64,000 bases of DNA from Candidatus Poseidoniia archaeon (GCA_030748895.1 JASMLC010000006.1:15442-79441); one strand, 5' to 3'; positions 40,091 through 49,267 are shown, numbered from the stretch's first letter. Numbers and translations are program-made. The notes: generated from the sequence alone by a model not told the origin.

Positions 40091-40258
40091 TTAATCGTCT
40101 TCCGGCTTAGTTAACGCCATTATTATGCAGGCAACTACGAACACAATGCCTCCCCAACAACTCAGTGCCCATAAACGCCCAGATGCGATGATACTGAACA
40201 GGAGGAAAACAAGTAGTAAGATTAACCCAACAGAGAAGTATAATGCGTTGTTTTCCAT
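40091..40258 (-). CDS. small two-TM membrane protein (55 aa)
   Basis: Below the track size cut-off. MENNALYFSVGLILLLVFLLFSIIASGRLWALSCWGGIVFVVACIIMALTKPEDD. TTATAAAT box 26 nt upstream of the ATG on the minus strand. Confidence 0.35.
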   Translation of the reverse strand: MENNALYFSVGLILLLVFLLFSIIASGRLWALSCWGGIVFVVACIIMALTKPEDD

Positions 40259-40433
40259 AGGATACTATTCTATCACAAATTTATAAGCTTTTCAATATGA
40301 ACAACCACAGTATTTTAATCTCAGGAGGCGTCAGGGGGGTGTGAAGGATAAACTCGCAAACATTGTGATTTGGATTGTGTTACTTGGTGCGGAAGTCCTA
40401 AATACTAACTGATTCGGTCGCAGTCAAGCTAGG

Positions 40434-41039
40434 ATGAGTACACACGCTGACGCACTTGGAAGAAGGGCATTGATTATTGCCTTCATTATAAATTTGATAA
40501 TGATGTCAGTAGATTTATGGTACGGTTTAATGATGAAATCAGCTTCATTGTTAGGTGATGCTGCTAACAATTCAGGAGACGTGTTTATCCTTGGATCGAG
40601 CATCCTCGTGCTATCGTCAACCACAGCCGTCAAGAACAGACTGGCATTGTTCAAAGGAATAATAATGACCGTATTTGGTCTGTGGGCATTCTATCATGTA
40701 TATCTGGGTCTGATAGAGGAATCGGATTTGTTGACTGGAGGTACTATTTCTATTATTGGAGTAATGTCACTGGCTGGCAACGCGAGCGTTGCATTCATGA
40801 TGTACAAGCACCAGCACAAAGACATAAACTTCATGAGTGCATTTATCTGCTGCAGGAATGACGCCTTTGCTTCAGCTGGAATTATCCTTGCCGGTCTATT
40901 GGTATGGTATTTTGATGCTTCCTGGCCCGACATCATAATCGGGGCCGCCATAGCAGCCATCGTTTGCCATGGGGGAATCCAGGTTATCAGAATGAGTCTC
41001 GACCCTGCTTCTCAGGAAGAGGATTGCGAGTGCTGCTAG
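40434..41039 (+). CDS. cation diffusion facilitator (CDF) family transporter, short form lacking C-terminal cytoplasmic domain
   Basis: 201 aa, 5-6 TM. N-terminal HADALGRRALIIAFIINLIMM and DAANNSGDV segments resemble the CzcD/ZitB TM domain. Ends with a Cys-rich tail (EEDCECC). Confidence 0.55.
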   Translation: MSTHADALGRRALIIAFIINLIMMSVDLWYGLMMKSASLLGDAANNSGDVFILGSSILVLSSTTAVKNRLALFKGIIMTVFGLWAFYHVYLGLIEESDLLTGGTISIIGVMSLAGNASVAFMMYKHQHKDINFMSAFICCRNDAFASAGIILAGLLVWYFDASWPDIIIGAAIAAIVCHGGIQVIRMSLDPASQEEDCECC

Positions 41040-41048
41040 GGTCTTAAT

Positions 41049-41255
41049 TTAAAAAGGGATAGAAATGGGAGACTCTCCTGTAGTATCGCTTAATCGGTAA
41101 GTTACCCATGCACCAACTAGCCAACCAAGAGCTAGTATCATTACTCCCAACATCATAAACGCATCCCCACCATTTGGACCAATACCGGAATTACCAATAA
41201 ATATCACAACAAAACCGAAAAGCCACACCCAAATAGGCAGAAGATTTTTGTCCAT
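41049..41255 (-). CDS. small two-TM membrane protein (68 aa), hypothetical
   Basis: ORF convergent with the CDF gene. TTAAAG element about 28 nt upstream of the ATG. Confidence 0.3.
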   Translation of the reverse strand: MDKNLLPIWVWLFGFVVIFIGNSGIGPNGGDAFMMLGVMILALGWLVGAWVTYRLSDTTGESPISIPF

Positions 41256-41328
41256 ATCGGTGCGATACGCATCTAGATATGACTTTAACTGGAAAAATAG
41301 TTTCTGGAAAGATTAGAAGCCTGCGCGC

Positions 41329-41484
41329 TGGTGGGAGCGCTGGGATTTGAACCCAGATCGGCGGGTCTCACCTATGGTGGCGTGCAGGTCAGCGCTCCAG
41401 TCATTCATCACTGTTCAGCAGACCTATTGCCATCATTCCTGCATAACTGGAGCCCGCAATGATGCCGAGTTACACCACACTCCC
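41329..41484 (-). tRNA. tRNA-Trp (anticodon CCA) with an 80-nt intron (38-nt 5' exon, 80-nt intron, 38-nt 3' exon incl. CCA)
   Basis: Minus-strand acceptor GGGAGTG/CGCTCCC, T-arm CTGGG-TTCAAAT-CCCAG, anticodon stem GCGGG/CCCGC reconstituted only after removing 41367..41446, loop CTCCAGA (CCA anticodon), encoded CCA end. Oligo-T about 30 nt downstream. Confidence 0.75.
41387..41437 (-). ncRNA. C/D box sRNA embedded in the tRNA-Trp intron (C AUGAUGG, D' CUGA, C' UGAUGA, D CUGA)
   Basis: Intron (minus-strand reading) ...aATGATGg-caataggtctg-CTGA-acag-TGATGA-atgactggagcg-CTGA... The D-box guide is complementary to GCTCCAGTT at the 5' exon/intron junction, placing the fifth nucleotide upstream of box D opposite C34 of tRNA-Trp. 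The D' guide matches CAGACC (position 39) of the ligated exons. Confidence 0.7.
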
Positions 41485-41572
41485 TGTTACGCGCAGGCGA
41501 GGGCGCATTGTGTGCCGCTCTTAAAGTTCACGGCCACGGAGCGTTTATTTACGGGCAGCCGTCGCGGGCCGC

Positions 41573-42115
41573 GTGGCGAGCGCCAAACCGCAGCCTGCAG
41601 CCAGTCCCGATGAGCGGGAGCCGGTTCAGGTTGTGCCTGAACCGGCTCCTGAAGAGGCGGACGCCGGCACCGACGCAGAGGGCGCGGCCGAAGTGGTGGA
41701 CGGCGAGGAAGAGGAACGGCCGGAGCACGAGCCGTGCCATCCGCTCGACAAAATCTGGCTGCCGACTTACGCTGATGAGAACACGCAGAATGCGAAGCAT
41801 GACTGGTGCCTGAATACAGGCATCATCCGCAACCAGAGCGGCGAAGAGGCGCGGCCGCGCGGGTTCTGGGTGGCGGCGCTGCGCAAGCTCCAGCGGAGGC
41901 TGGCGAAGGAAGCGGACAAGACCCACATGACTGGGCAGCTGACCGACGCACAGGAGCGCATCATCCTCCACGAGCTTGACGCGCTCGAGGGTTTCTACGA
42001 CCGCTGGTGGCGCACTGAGTCGTCGCAGGTCCACAAGTTTGTGCAGGTGGTCCAGAAATGGCGGCCGGATATTTCGGAGCGCGTCATCGTCGACACCATA
42101 ACCCGGATGTGGTAG
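41573..42115 (+). CDS. hypothetical protein (180 aa, acidic low-complexity N-terminus)
   Basis: GTG-initiated ORF immediately upstream of rpe (1-nt spacing). No family recognised. Confidence 0.4.
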   Translation: MASAKPQPAASPDEREPVQVVPEPAPEEADAGTDAEGAAEVVDGEEEERPEHEPCHPLDKIWLPTYADENTQNAKHDWCLNTGIIRNQSGEEARPRGFWVAALRKLQRRLAKEADKTHMTGQLTDAQERIILHELDALEGFYDRWWRTESSQVHKFVQVVQKWRPDISERVIVDTITRMW

Positions 42116-42116
42116 C

Positions 42117-42743
42117 GTGGCGGTCGTCGCCCCCTCGATGCTGGGCGCCGACTTCGGGCGACTGCGCGAGCTGGCAGAGCTTATCGCGCCGCACAGCGGC
42201 TACCTGCACATGGACGTCATGGACGGCCATTTCGTGCCGAACCTGACCATGGGCCCCGATACGGTCGCGGCGCTACGCGGCATCGCACCGCTCGACGTGC
42301 ACCTGATGGTCACAGACCCGCTGGACTTCATTGAGGCGTTTGCCGACGCGGGGGCTGATATCATCACAGTCCACGCCAAGGCGAACGGGACGGCAGCCGC
42401 CATCGACGCCATCCATGCGCGCGGGCTGAAGGCGGGCGTCGCGATTCGGCCTTCGACACCGCTCGAAGCGCTTGACCCGTGGCTCGGAGTGGTGGAACTG
42501 CTGCTGCCGATGTCAGTCGAGCCCGGATTCTGCGGACAGGAATTTGACGAAGGCACTTACGACCGCATCCGCGCGCTGCGCGAGGCGGCACCCGAGGCGC
42601 TCATCGAGGTTGACGGCGGCGTCACCTGCGAGAATGCCGCAGCACTGCGCGAAGCGGGTGCGGACATCCTGGTTTCGGGCAGCGCCATCTTCGGGACCGA
42701 AGACCCGGTCGCCGCCGCACGCACGATTGCGGGTCTCGAATAA
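42117..42743 (+). CDS. rpe: ribulose-phosphate 3-epimerase
   Basis: 208 aa; SMLGADF...HMDVMDGHFVPNLTMGP motif of Rpe TIM barrels. GTG start. Confidence 0.85.
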   Translation: MAVVAPSMLGADFGRLRELAELIAPHSGYLHMDVMDGHFVPNLTMGPDTVAALRGIAPLDVHLMVTDPLDFIEAFADAGADIITVHAKANGTAAAIDAIHARGLKAGVAIRPSTPLEALDPWLGVVELLLPMSVEPGFCGQEFDEGTYDRIRALREAAPEALIEVDGGVTCENAAALREAGADILVSGSAIFGTEDPVAAARTIAGLE

Positions 42744-42750
42744 CTTTTAT

Positions 42751-45042
42751 ATGGTTCACGGTACCCGAGTCAGCGTGCGCGCTGTCCTACTCGCCTGCCT
42801 TCTCGCTTGTTTCACGATGCTGCTGCTGCCGGGAAGCGAGGCGGAGCTGCCAGTAGAGGACTTTACCCACGCAGTTATCGGCGAGGAGTTCACCGCCACC
42901 TGGTGTGTCTATTGTCCAAGCGCTGCAGATAATCTGAACAAAGTCTGGCAACCCAAGTCAGAATACCCGGATGACCCTTACTACCACGACCAGTTCTTTT
43001 TCGTGGCGCTGATTACCGACAAAAACGATAAGGCGGATGACCGCACCGGTGACTATCCCGACTTCGCCGGCTACCCCACCGTCTATTTTGACGGTGGCGA
43101 CGAGAAGGTCGAAGGAGGCCAGTCAGACACTTCCAACTATGAAGAAGCCATTGACAGCAGCGGCGGCCGCAGTGACACCGACATCTCGCTGCGCATCGCA
43201 ATGCAGCACCTGGGTGATGACCGGATAGGGGTACAGGCGTATATCACCTGGAACGAGGACGCCGGCTTCGGCAATCCTACTTTCAATGGCTACATCAGGG
43301 CGTACATTGTCGAACCAGTCTCGCGCTACGACAACTACGACGGCAACCCGTACCATTTTGGCTTCCTCGACTACGCCTTTGACCAACAGGTGGAGCTGGA
43401 CCCTCACGAGGAAGTTGTACTCGAAACTATCTGGATCGGGGGGAATCACAGCGATTCCGACGGGAACGACTTCTCTGATATCAGCTATAATAATTTGAAC
43501 ATTTTCGTTTCCTTCTTTAACGATGAGTCCGCCTCTACTGATGACTATGCGTTACAGAGCGCTTTCGCCATCCCGCCACAAACCAGCTTCGAGTTCCCGA
43601 CAGGAAACCTGAGCGACACCGTCAGTCTGCCGGGCAGCGCCAGCCAGCCCCGAAGTGCAATTGCCGCGGTAGAGTACAGCGTCGACGGCGGCGAGTGGCA
43701 GCTCGCCGACGGCACGGACGAATTCGACCTGATGCTTGATACGACCGCTTACGGAAACGGGCAGCACGAACTGGTGCTGCGCATCACTGACACAGCCGGC
43801 ACCACGCTCGAGCTGGCGGGAAACCTTGAAATCCTGAACGACAGCGAGCCCCCGGTCGTGACGTGGCTGGAACCAGCTGCGGACAGTGAGGTCACGGAAC
43901 TTGTGGCCCTTGCCGCCAGCGCATCGGACAATAGTGTAATCGCGAAAGTCGAATACCGCGTTGATGAAGGCAGCTGGCGCCAAATGGCCTCAGTCGGCGA
44001 TAACCGCTGGGAGGCGGAGTGGAACAGCGAGGAGACCGGAATTGACAACGGCCTCCACACGCTGGAAGTGAGCGCCACCGACACCTACGGCAACGAAGCG
44101 ATGGCGAGCCTCGAGCTGGATGTCCAGAACGAGGGCGACATTACCTACCCGGTGCTAGAAGTCAACGGCGTGCCCGGGGCGCTCTTCGCGGGACCGCTCG
44201 ACGTTACGATAACTGCCTCCGACCCGGACGGGGTTGCCAGTGTTGAATACCAGATTAATGGCGGCGTGTGGCACAGCGTGGACGAAAACGGTTTCCGGAT
44301 CATCACCGCAGCCCTGCCCGACGGGGTGCATACCCTGCTGGTGCGTGCTGTTGACGGGCTGGACTATGCCACCGAAGTTTCCACGCAGTTCGAGTGCGAC
44401 AACACCGCTCCCGTCATCCTGCTGGATGCGTTTCCCGACCCGGTGACAGCCGAGGTGACCATCAGCTTCGCGATCGACGATTACGCCGGTGTGGGCAGCA
44501 TCGTCCTGCAATACCGGGTTGGCGGCAGCGACTGGACCAGCCTGCCGGCACCGCACGCCGGCGCGACCGAATTCACTTGGGATTCGACCCTCGCCAGCGA
44601 CGGGGGCTGGCTGCTTGAAATCGAAGCCAGCGACCGGCTTGGCAACCACGATACCACCTACCGCACGCTGAACGTCAAGAACGCCGGACGCGTCGCGCTC
44701 CTGCCGGTGGCGGACGCGCAGGCGGGCAGCCCGGTCGAGATTCGCGCTTTCGTGGACTACCCTGACCCGCAGGCGGTCTACCTGCTGGTCGCTGGCCAGC
44801 GGCTCCCGATGCTGGAAAGCCCGTCCGGATGGAGTGCCGAGGTAACGCTGGCCGAAGCTGGCAGCTACGGCTACCGCGTCGAAGTTGATACAGGCCACGG
44901 TAGCTTCCAGAGCGATGAACAGACGCTTACGGTCGGCGCAGCGGCGCCGCTCCCTGACGGAAATCTGGAGCCGTTGCCGGCGCCTTCACTGCTGGCCAGC
45001 GCGGCCCTGTTCGCCGGCATTGCGCTGCGCCGACGCCGTTAG
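42751..45042 (+). CDS. cell-surface protein: signal/TM, thioredoxin-like CxxC domain, 4-5 tandem Ig-like domains, C-terminal TM anchor with Arg tail
   Basis: Track ORF 42472..45042 overlaps rpe. Probable start MVHGTRVSVRAVLLACLLACF (ATG about 42751). EEFTATWCVYCP resembles thioredoxin VDFWAEWCGPC. Repeated about 90-aa units (VEYSVDGGEWQ..., VEYRVDEGSWR..., VEYQINGGVWH..., LQYRVGGSDWT...). C-terminus PAPSLLASAALFAGIALRRRR. Confidence 0.65.
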   Translation: MVHGTRVSVRAVLLACLLACFTMLLLPGSEAELPVEDFTHAVIGEEFTATWCVYCPSAADNLNKVWQPKSEYPDDPYYHDQFFFVALITDKNDKADDRTGDYPDFAGYPTVYFDGGDEKVEGGQSDTSNYEEAIDSSGGRSDTDISLRIAMQHLGDDRIGVQAYITWNEDAGFGNPTFNGYIRAYIVEPVSRYDNYDGNPYHFGFLDYAFDQQVELDPHEEVVLETIWIGGNHSDSDGNDFSDISYNNLNIFVSFFNDESASTDDYALQSAFAIPPQTSFEFPTGNLSDTVSLPGSASQPRSAIAAVEYSVDGGEWQLADGTDEFDLMLDTTAYGNGQHELVLRITDTAGTTLELAGNLEILNDSEPPVVTWLEPAADSEVTELVALAASASDNSVIAKVEYRVDEGSWRQMASVGDNRWEAEWNSEETGIDNGLHTLEVSATDTYGNEAMASLELDVQNEGDITYPVLEVNGVPGALFAGPLDVTITASDPDGVASVEYQINGGVWHSVDENGFRIITAALPDGVHTLLVRAVDGLDYATEVSTQFECDNTAPVILLDAFPDPVTAEVTISFAIDDYAGVGSIVLQYRVGGSDWTSLPAPHAGATEFTWDSTLASDGGWLLEIEASDRLGNHDTTYRTLNVKNAGRVALLPVADAQAGSPVEIRAFVDYPDPQAVYLLVAGQRLPMLESPSGWSAEVTLAEAGSYGYRVEVDTGHGSFQSDEQTLTVGAAAPLPDGNLEPLPAPSLLASAALFAGIALRRRR

Positions 45043-46445
45043 CCGAGCATGTCTCGCATTACCAGTGGCACCTGCGCCGCAACTTCGGTCGCCATGAAAC
45101 CGGCACCGTGCGCTTCAGCGGCGCGTTCGCCAGCGGTGCCGAGCAGCCACGCCGCAACGCGTGCAGCCTGGAATCCCGTCAGGCCACGCGCCATAGCGGC
45201 GGCACACATCCCTGCCAGTATGTCGCCGGTGCCGCCTACTGCCAGCCGCGGATGGCCGGTGCGGTTGCGCCGGATGCGGGTGCCGTCGGTGATGATATCT
45301 TCCGGCCCCTTGGCGAGCACCGTAGCGCCGTAAGCGCACGCGACCGCTGTAACCATGGCTTTGCGTCCGTTAGCGTCGATGCCAGCCGCCTGCGCCAGCC
45401 GTGCCAGTTCACCCGCGTGCGGGGTCAGCAGCGCATTTTGCGCTGCTGAAGGCTGAAGGCTGAACAGGCCGTCGGCGTCAATCACGCGCGGCTTGCGCCA
45501 CGCACGGAGCAACTTATCGACCGCCGCGACCGTTTCAGGGTCGCGACCCAGCCCGGGGCCGACCAGCAGCACGTCCGCCTTCGCCTCCGCCTCGAGCACG
45601 GTCGCAACGTGCTCTGGCGCGAAGTGGTCGCCCGGGAGCGGATGGACTATCAATTCAGGGGCGTGCTTCGCGACGATGCTGGCAGCGCTCTCGGGCACGA
45701 ACATCGGCACCAGATCGGCACCCATGCGGTACGCCCCGATGGCGGCCAGCGACGGCGCGCCGGTGTAGGGGCCGCCGCCGACGAAGGCGACGATGCCGTT
45801 CTGCCCCTTGCGCGCGCTGGCGTCGGCGGGCGGCAGCAGCTGTAGCTCCCCCGGTCCCGTATAGCGCTCCGCCTCCGGGGGGAAGCCGATATCGGCGACA
45901 ATGATTTCGCCGCAACTGGCTGCATCCATGCCCTCCTTCAGCGCGTGGAACGTCACGGTCAGCTTTGGCACGACCGCCTCCGGCAGCCCCAGCCCGGACG
46001 GCACGTCCATCGCCACGACCGGCGGGCCTGCGTTGAGCACGGCGACCATTTCAGCATACGGCTTGCGCAGTTCGCCGCGCAGCCCCGAGCCGAGCAGCGC
46101 GTCGACCACCACGTCCGCTTCCGCGAGCAGCTTCGCCAATGCCCGGGGTGCATGCACTTCGCCCTCCCAGCGGTCGCGCGCCCGTTGCGAGATGGCGGAG
46201 CGCGGCTCGCCCGCCAGCACGACCGTGACCTCGAGCCCCGCATCCGCCAGCAGCCGCGCCGTGACGAAACCGTCGCCACCGTTGTTGCCGCTGCCACACG
46301 CCACGACGACGCGCTGCGCTCGCGGGAACCGCTCGCGCAGCGCGTCGGCGACCACCTTTCCGGCAGTTTCCATCAGCTCACCCAGGTCGGTGCCGAGCGC
46401 GACGGCGTTGTGGTCCAGCACGCGAAACTCGGCCAGCGGGAGCAT
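45039..46445 (-). CDS. nnr: bifunctional NAD(P)H-hydrate repair enzyme Nnr (epimerase plus ADP-dependent dehydratase)
   Basis: Track ORF to 46727 overlaps the next gene. Start MLPLAEFRVLDHNA (ATG about 46445). YjeF-N motif ACGSGNNGGDGF and YjeF-C motif GGTGDILAG. Confidence 0.85.
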   Translation of the reverse strand: MLPLAEFRVLDHNAVALGTDLGELMETAGKVVADALRERFPRAQRVVVACGSGNNGGDGFVTARLLADAGLEVTVVLAGEPRSAISQRARDRWEGEVHAPRALAKLLAEADVVVDALLGSGLRGELRKPYAEMVAVLNAGPPVVAMDVPSGLGLPEAVVPKLTVTFHALKEGMDAASCGEIIVADIGFPPEAERYTGPGELQLLPPADASARKGQNGIVAFVGGGPYTGAPSLAAIGAYRMGADLVPMFVPESAASIVAKHAPELIVHPLPGDHFAPEHVATVLEAEAKADVLLVGPGLGRDPETVAAVDKLLRAWRKPRVIDADGLFSLQPSAAQNALLTPHAGELARLAQAAGIDANGRKAMVTAVACAYGATVLAKGPEDIITDGTRIRRNRTGHPRLAVGGTGDILAGMCAAAMARGLTGFQAARVAAWLLGTAGERAAEAHGAGFMATEVAAQVPLVMRDMLG

Positions 46446-46491
46446 GGCCTGGCAGGCTCGCCCGGCTAAAGAGCCTCTGCCGGGAATTGGA

Positions 46492-47403
46492 TTACAGCAG
46501 CTCGAACAGGAACAGCAGGAAGAAGCCAGCCAGGATTGCGCCCGCAGCGCGCCCCAACGGCAGTCGCACCAGCCCCATCGCGGCGAGCGTCGCCAGCAGC
46601 AGCAGCGGTAGGGTGACCGAGACGACAAAGTCGCCAACCGGGACCGGCGACACCAGCGCCAGCAGTCCCAGCACCAGCCCGATGTTGGCAATGTTCGAGC
46701 CGATGACGTTAGCGACCGCGATGTCATGGAACCCCTTGCGCGCCGCCGTAAGGGAACCGGCCAGCTCCGGCAGCGAAGTGCCGACCGCGACTACCGTCAG
46801 GCCAATTACCAGCTCGGAAATGCCGGCCCACTCCGCAATCGCGACCGCCCCCTCGATAGTCAGGTGCGCCCCGAGCAGCAGCCCGGCCACGCCGAGCGCC
46901 AGCTGCGGCAGGCTTCCGTCGCCCTCCGGGCTTCCGCCAGCAGGTGCTGGGCGGCGGAGCAACCAGCCCACGTACGCCAGATAGAGCAGCAGCAGGAACA
47001 CGCCTTCGACGCGTGAGACGCTGCCGTCGAGCGCAACGCCGTAGAGCAGGAATGCGAACGCCAGCATCACCTGCCCGTCAGTGACGGCACCGGCCGCCGG
47101 CAGGATGCAATGGCCGTAGCGATACCAGCAGAGCAGGCAGGCACAGGCGAGCACTAGCCCCAGGTTGGACATATTGGAGCCGATAATATTGCCGAGCGCC
47201 AGCGCATCATGTCCCCGCGTCCCGGCCAGCAGCGAAACCAGCACTTCCGGCAGGCTGGTGGCAAAGGCGACCAGCGTTACGCCGATGACGTGCGTCGAGA
47301 CCCCCCACTCACGCGCCAACCCAACCGCATTCTCGATGAACGCGTCGGCACCGCGCATCAACAGCAATAGCCCCACCGCCAGGAACACCAGCGCTTCGAG
47401 CAT
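46492..47403 (-). CDS. Na+/Ca2+ exchanger family (CaCA, YrbG-like) antiporter
   Basis: 303 aa; two alpha-repeats with GTSLPE motifs (FATSLPEV, VGTSLPEL), about 10 TM. Confidence 0.8.
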   Translation of the reverse strand: MLEALVFLAVGLLLLMRGADAFIENAVGLAREWGVSTHVIGVTLVAFATSLPEVLVSLLAGTRGHDALALGNIIGSNMSNLGLVLACACLLCWYRYGHCILPAAGAVTDGQVMLAFAFLLYGVALDGSVSRVEGVFLLLLYLAYVGWLLRRPAPAGGSPEGDGSLPQLALGVAGLLLGAHLTIEGAVAIAEWAGISELVIGLTVVAVGTSLPELAGSLTAARKGFHDIAVANVIGSNIANIGLVLGLLALVSPVPVGDFVVSVTLPLLLLATLAAMGLVRLPLGRAAGAILAGFFLLFLFELL

Positions 47404-48758
47404 CAGGTCGCCCCTGCCACGGGCGCTACGCGTTTACCACGTAGCTGCCGCATGTGCGCCACCCTCTGCGCGAGCAGTGGCGGCGTGGCGATGTCGTGCC
47501 GTACGTGCAGCCCGCGGCCGCTGACGGCAGCCAGTCCAGCCTCGCACTGCGCTTCCGCCGCAGCGAGCGTGGCGCCGCTGCCGACGACCGCGACTGCGCG
47601 CGAGCTGGTCGTCTCGAGCGCGCCACCGGGCGGCTGGTTGACCGCCGCGTAGAATAGCGAAACGCCGCTGGCGGCGAGCCGTTCGTCGTCGATGACGAGC
47701 GTGCAGTCGCGCCGCGGCTGCGCGCCGTAACCCTCGGGGACGACGTACTTGCAGACGGTCGCCTCGGGACGGAAAGTGACTTCGCATTCGGCGAGCGTGC
47801 CGGTCGCCATGCCCTCGCAGATTGGCAGAAAATCGCTTTGCAGGATTTCCAGCACGTTGAGCGCCTCCGGGTCGCCCAGCCGGGCGTTGTATTCGATAAG
47901 TTTCGAGCCGCCAGCGGTAGCGATGAATCCGCCGTACAGGAAACCGCGATAAGGCTCGTCGCATTCTGCCTTGAGCGCGGCCGCGGTAGCCTCGTTAATC
48001 GCCTGCGCAGCACTTATATCTTCGTCGTCGAGAAAAGCCAGACTGTGATTGGCGTCGCAGTAGGAGCCCATCCCGCCAGTATTGGGGCCGCGGTCGCCCT
48101 CCAGCGCGCGCTTGTGGTCCTGCACCGCCGGCATGTGCCGCAGCGTCTCACCGTCGCAAAAGCTCATCAGTGAAAACTCCTCGCCGACCAGCTTTTCCTC
48201 GACCACGAAACGGCCGCCGCACGCGACAAGTTCGCGGCAGTAAGCGAGCGCCTCGGCGTGGGAGTGGAGATGGTCGCCCGCGACCTTGACGCCCTTGCCA
48301 CCGGCAAGGCCATCATACTTGACGACGTAGCTGTCGCCCAGTTCCGCCAGCCAGCCGGCGACCCCCGCGAGCGCATCGAAGGTGCGGTAGCGCGGGCAGC
48401 CGGGAATCCCGTGCCGCATCAGCAGGTCGCGCGCGAACGCCTTGGAAGTCTCGATTTGCGCCAGCTCGCGGCTGGGGCCGACGGTAGGGATGCCAGCAGC
48501 GCGCAGCGCGTCGGCCACACCTGCGGCGAGCGGCGCCTCGGGGCCGATGACCGCTAGCTCCGCTAACTGCTGCGCGGCGAAAGCGACTACCGCTTCCGGC
48601 GCATCCAGCTCGCCCAGCTCGAATCCAGCGGCGAGTGCCATGATGCCGGGGTTCAGGTTGGATGCGAAGCAGCTGACACTGCCGCCGGAGTTGCAGAGTG
48701 CACGGGTAATGGCGTGCTCGCGTGCGCCGGAGCCGACGAGCAGGACGCGAGTCATCAC
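47403..48758 (-). CDS. purD: phosphoribosylamine--glycine ligase
   Basis: 451 aa; ATP-grasp; MMTRVLLVGSGAREHAI N-terminus typical of PurD. Confidence 0.9.
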   Translation of the reverse strand: MMTRVLLVGSGAREHAITRALCNSGGSVSCFASNLNPGIMALAAGFELGELDAPEAVVAFAAQQLAELAVIGPEAPLAAGVADALRAAGIPTVGPSRELAQIETSKAFARDLLMRHGIPGCPRYRTFDALAGVAGWLAELGDSYVVKYDGLAGGKGVKVAGDHLHSHAEALAYCRELVACGGRFVVEEKLVGEEFSLMSFCDGETLRHMPAVQDHKRALEGDRGPNTGGMGSYCDANHSLAFLDDEDISAAQAINEATAAALKAECDEPYRGFLYGGFIATAGGSKLIEYNARLGDPEALNVLEILQSDFLPICEGMATGTLAECEVTFRPEATVCKYVVPEGYGAQPRRDCTLVIDDERLAASGVSLFYAAVNQPPGGALETTSSRAVAVVGSGATLAAAEAQCEAGLAAVSGRGLHVRHDIATPPLLAQRVAHMRQLRGKRVAPVAGAT

Positions 48759-49267
48759 TCTTCCCGCAACAGGCTCCCGATACGCACCAGCGGCAACAGC
48801 TCGATGCCGACCGCACGCAGCGCCTCATTGGCACCCTCTTCGCGGTCGACCACCACGATAGCGCACTCGACAGTGCTACCAGCACGGCGAAGCACCTCGA
48901 CAGCGTCAACCAGCGAGCCGCCGCTGGTAGCGACATCCTCAACCACGGTTACGTTCCCCAGCAGTTCGCCCTCGATGCGGCTGCCAGTGCCGTGGACCCG
49001 CTCGCCCTTGCGTATCATGACGTAGGGCAGCCCCGTCTTCAGCGAAAGCGCGACCGCCAGCGGCACCGCACCTAGCTCCATCCCGGCGATGACTTCCGCC
49101 CCATCAGGAAGCAGCTGCTCCATCTCGCTCGCAATCTGCTCCAGCATTTGCGGCCGGGTTGCGGCCAGCTTCAGGTTGACGTAGTATTTCGACCTGCGGC
49201 CCGAAGTAAGGCGAAAGTCGCCGAACTGCACCGCGCCGCACTCCTGCAGCATTCCTGCGAGGTCCAT
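48755..49267 (-). CDS. pyrE: orotate phosphoribosyltransferase
   Basis: Track ORF to 49612 (spurious extension). Start MDLAGMLQECGAVQFGDFRLTSGRRSKYYVNLK (ATG about 49267). PRPP motif VTVVEDVATSGGS. Confidence 0.85.
   Translation of the reverse strand: MDLAGMLQECGAVQFGDFRLTSGRRSKYYVNLKLAATRPQMLEQIASEMEQLLPDGAEVIAGMELGAVPLAVALSLKTGLPYVMIRKGERVHGTGSRIEGELLGNVTVVEDVATSGGSLVDAVEVLRRAGSTVECAIVVVDREEGANEALRAVGIELLPLVRIGSLLREE

Noticed and set aside
41347-41813. Plus-strand ORFs 41347..41613 and 41508..41813
   Set aside because: They overlap the intron-containing tRNA-Trp on the opposite strand and have no protein-like features.
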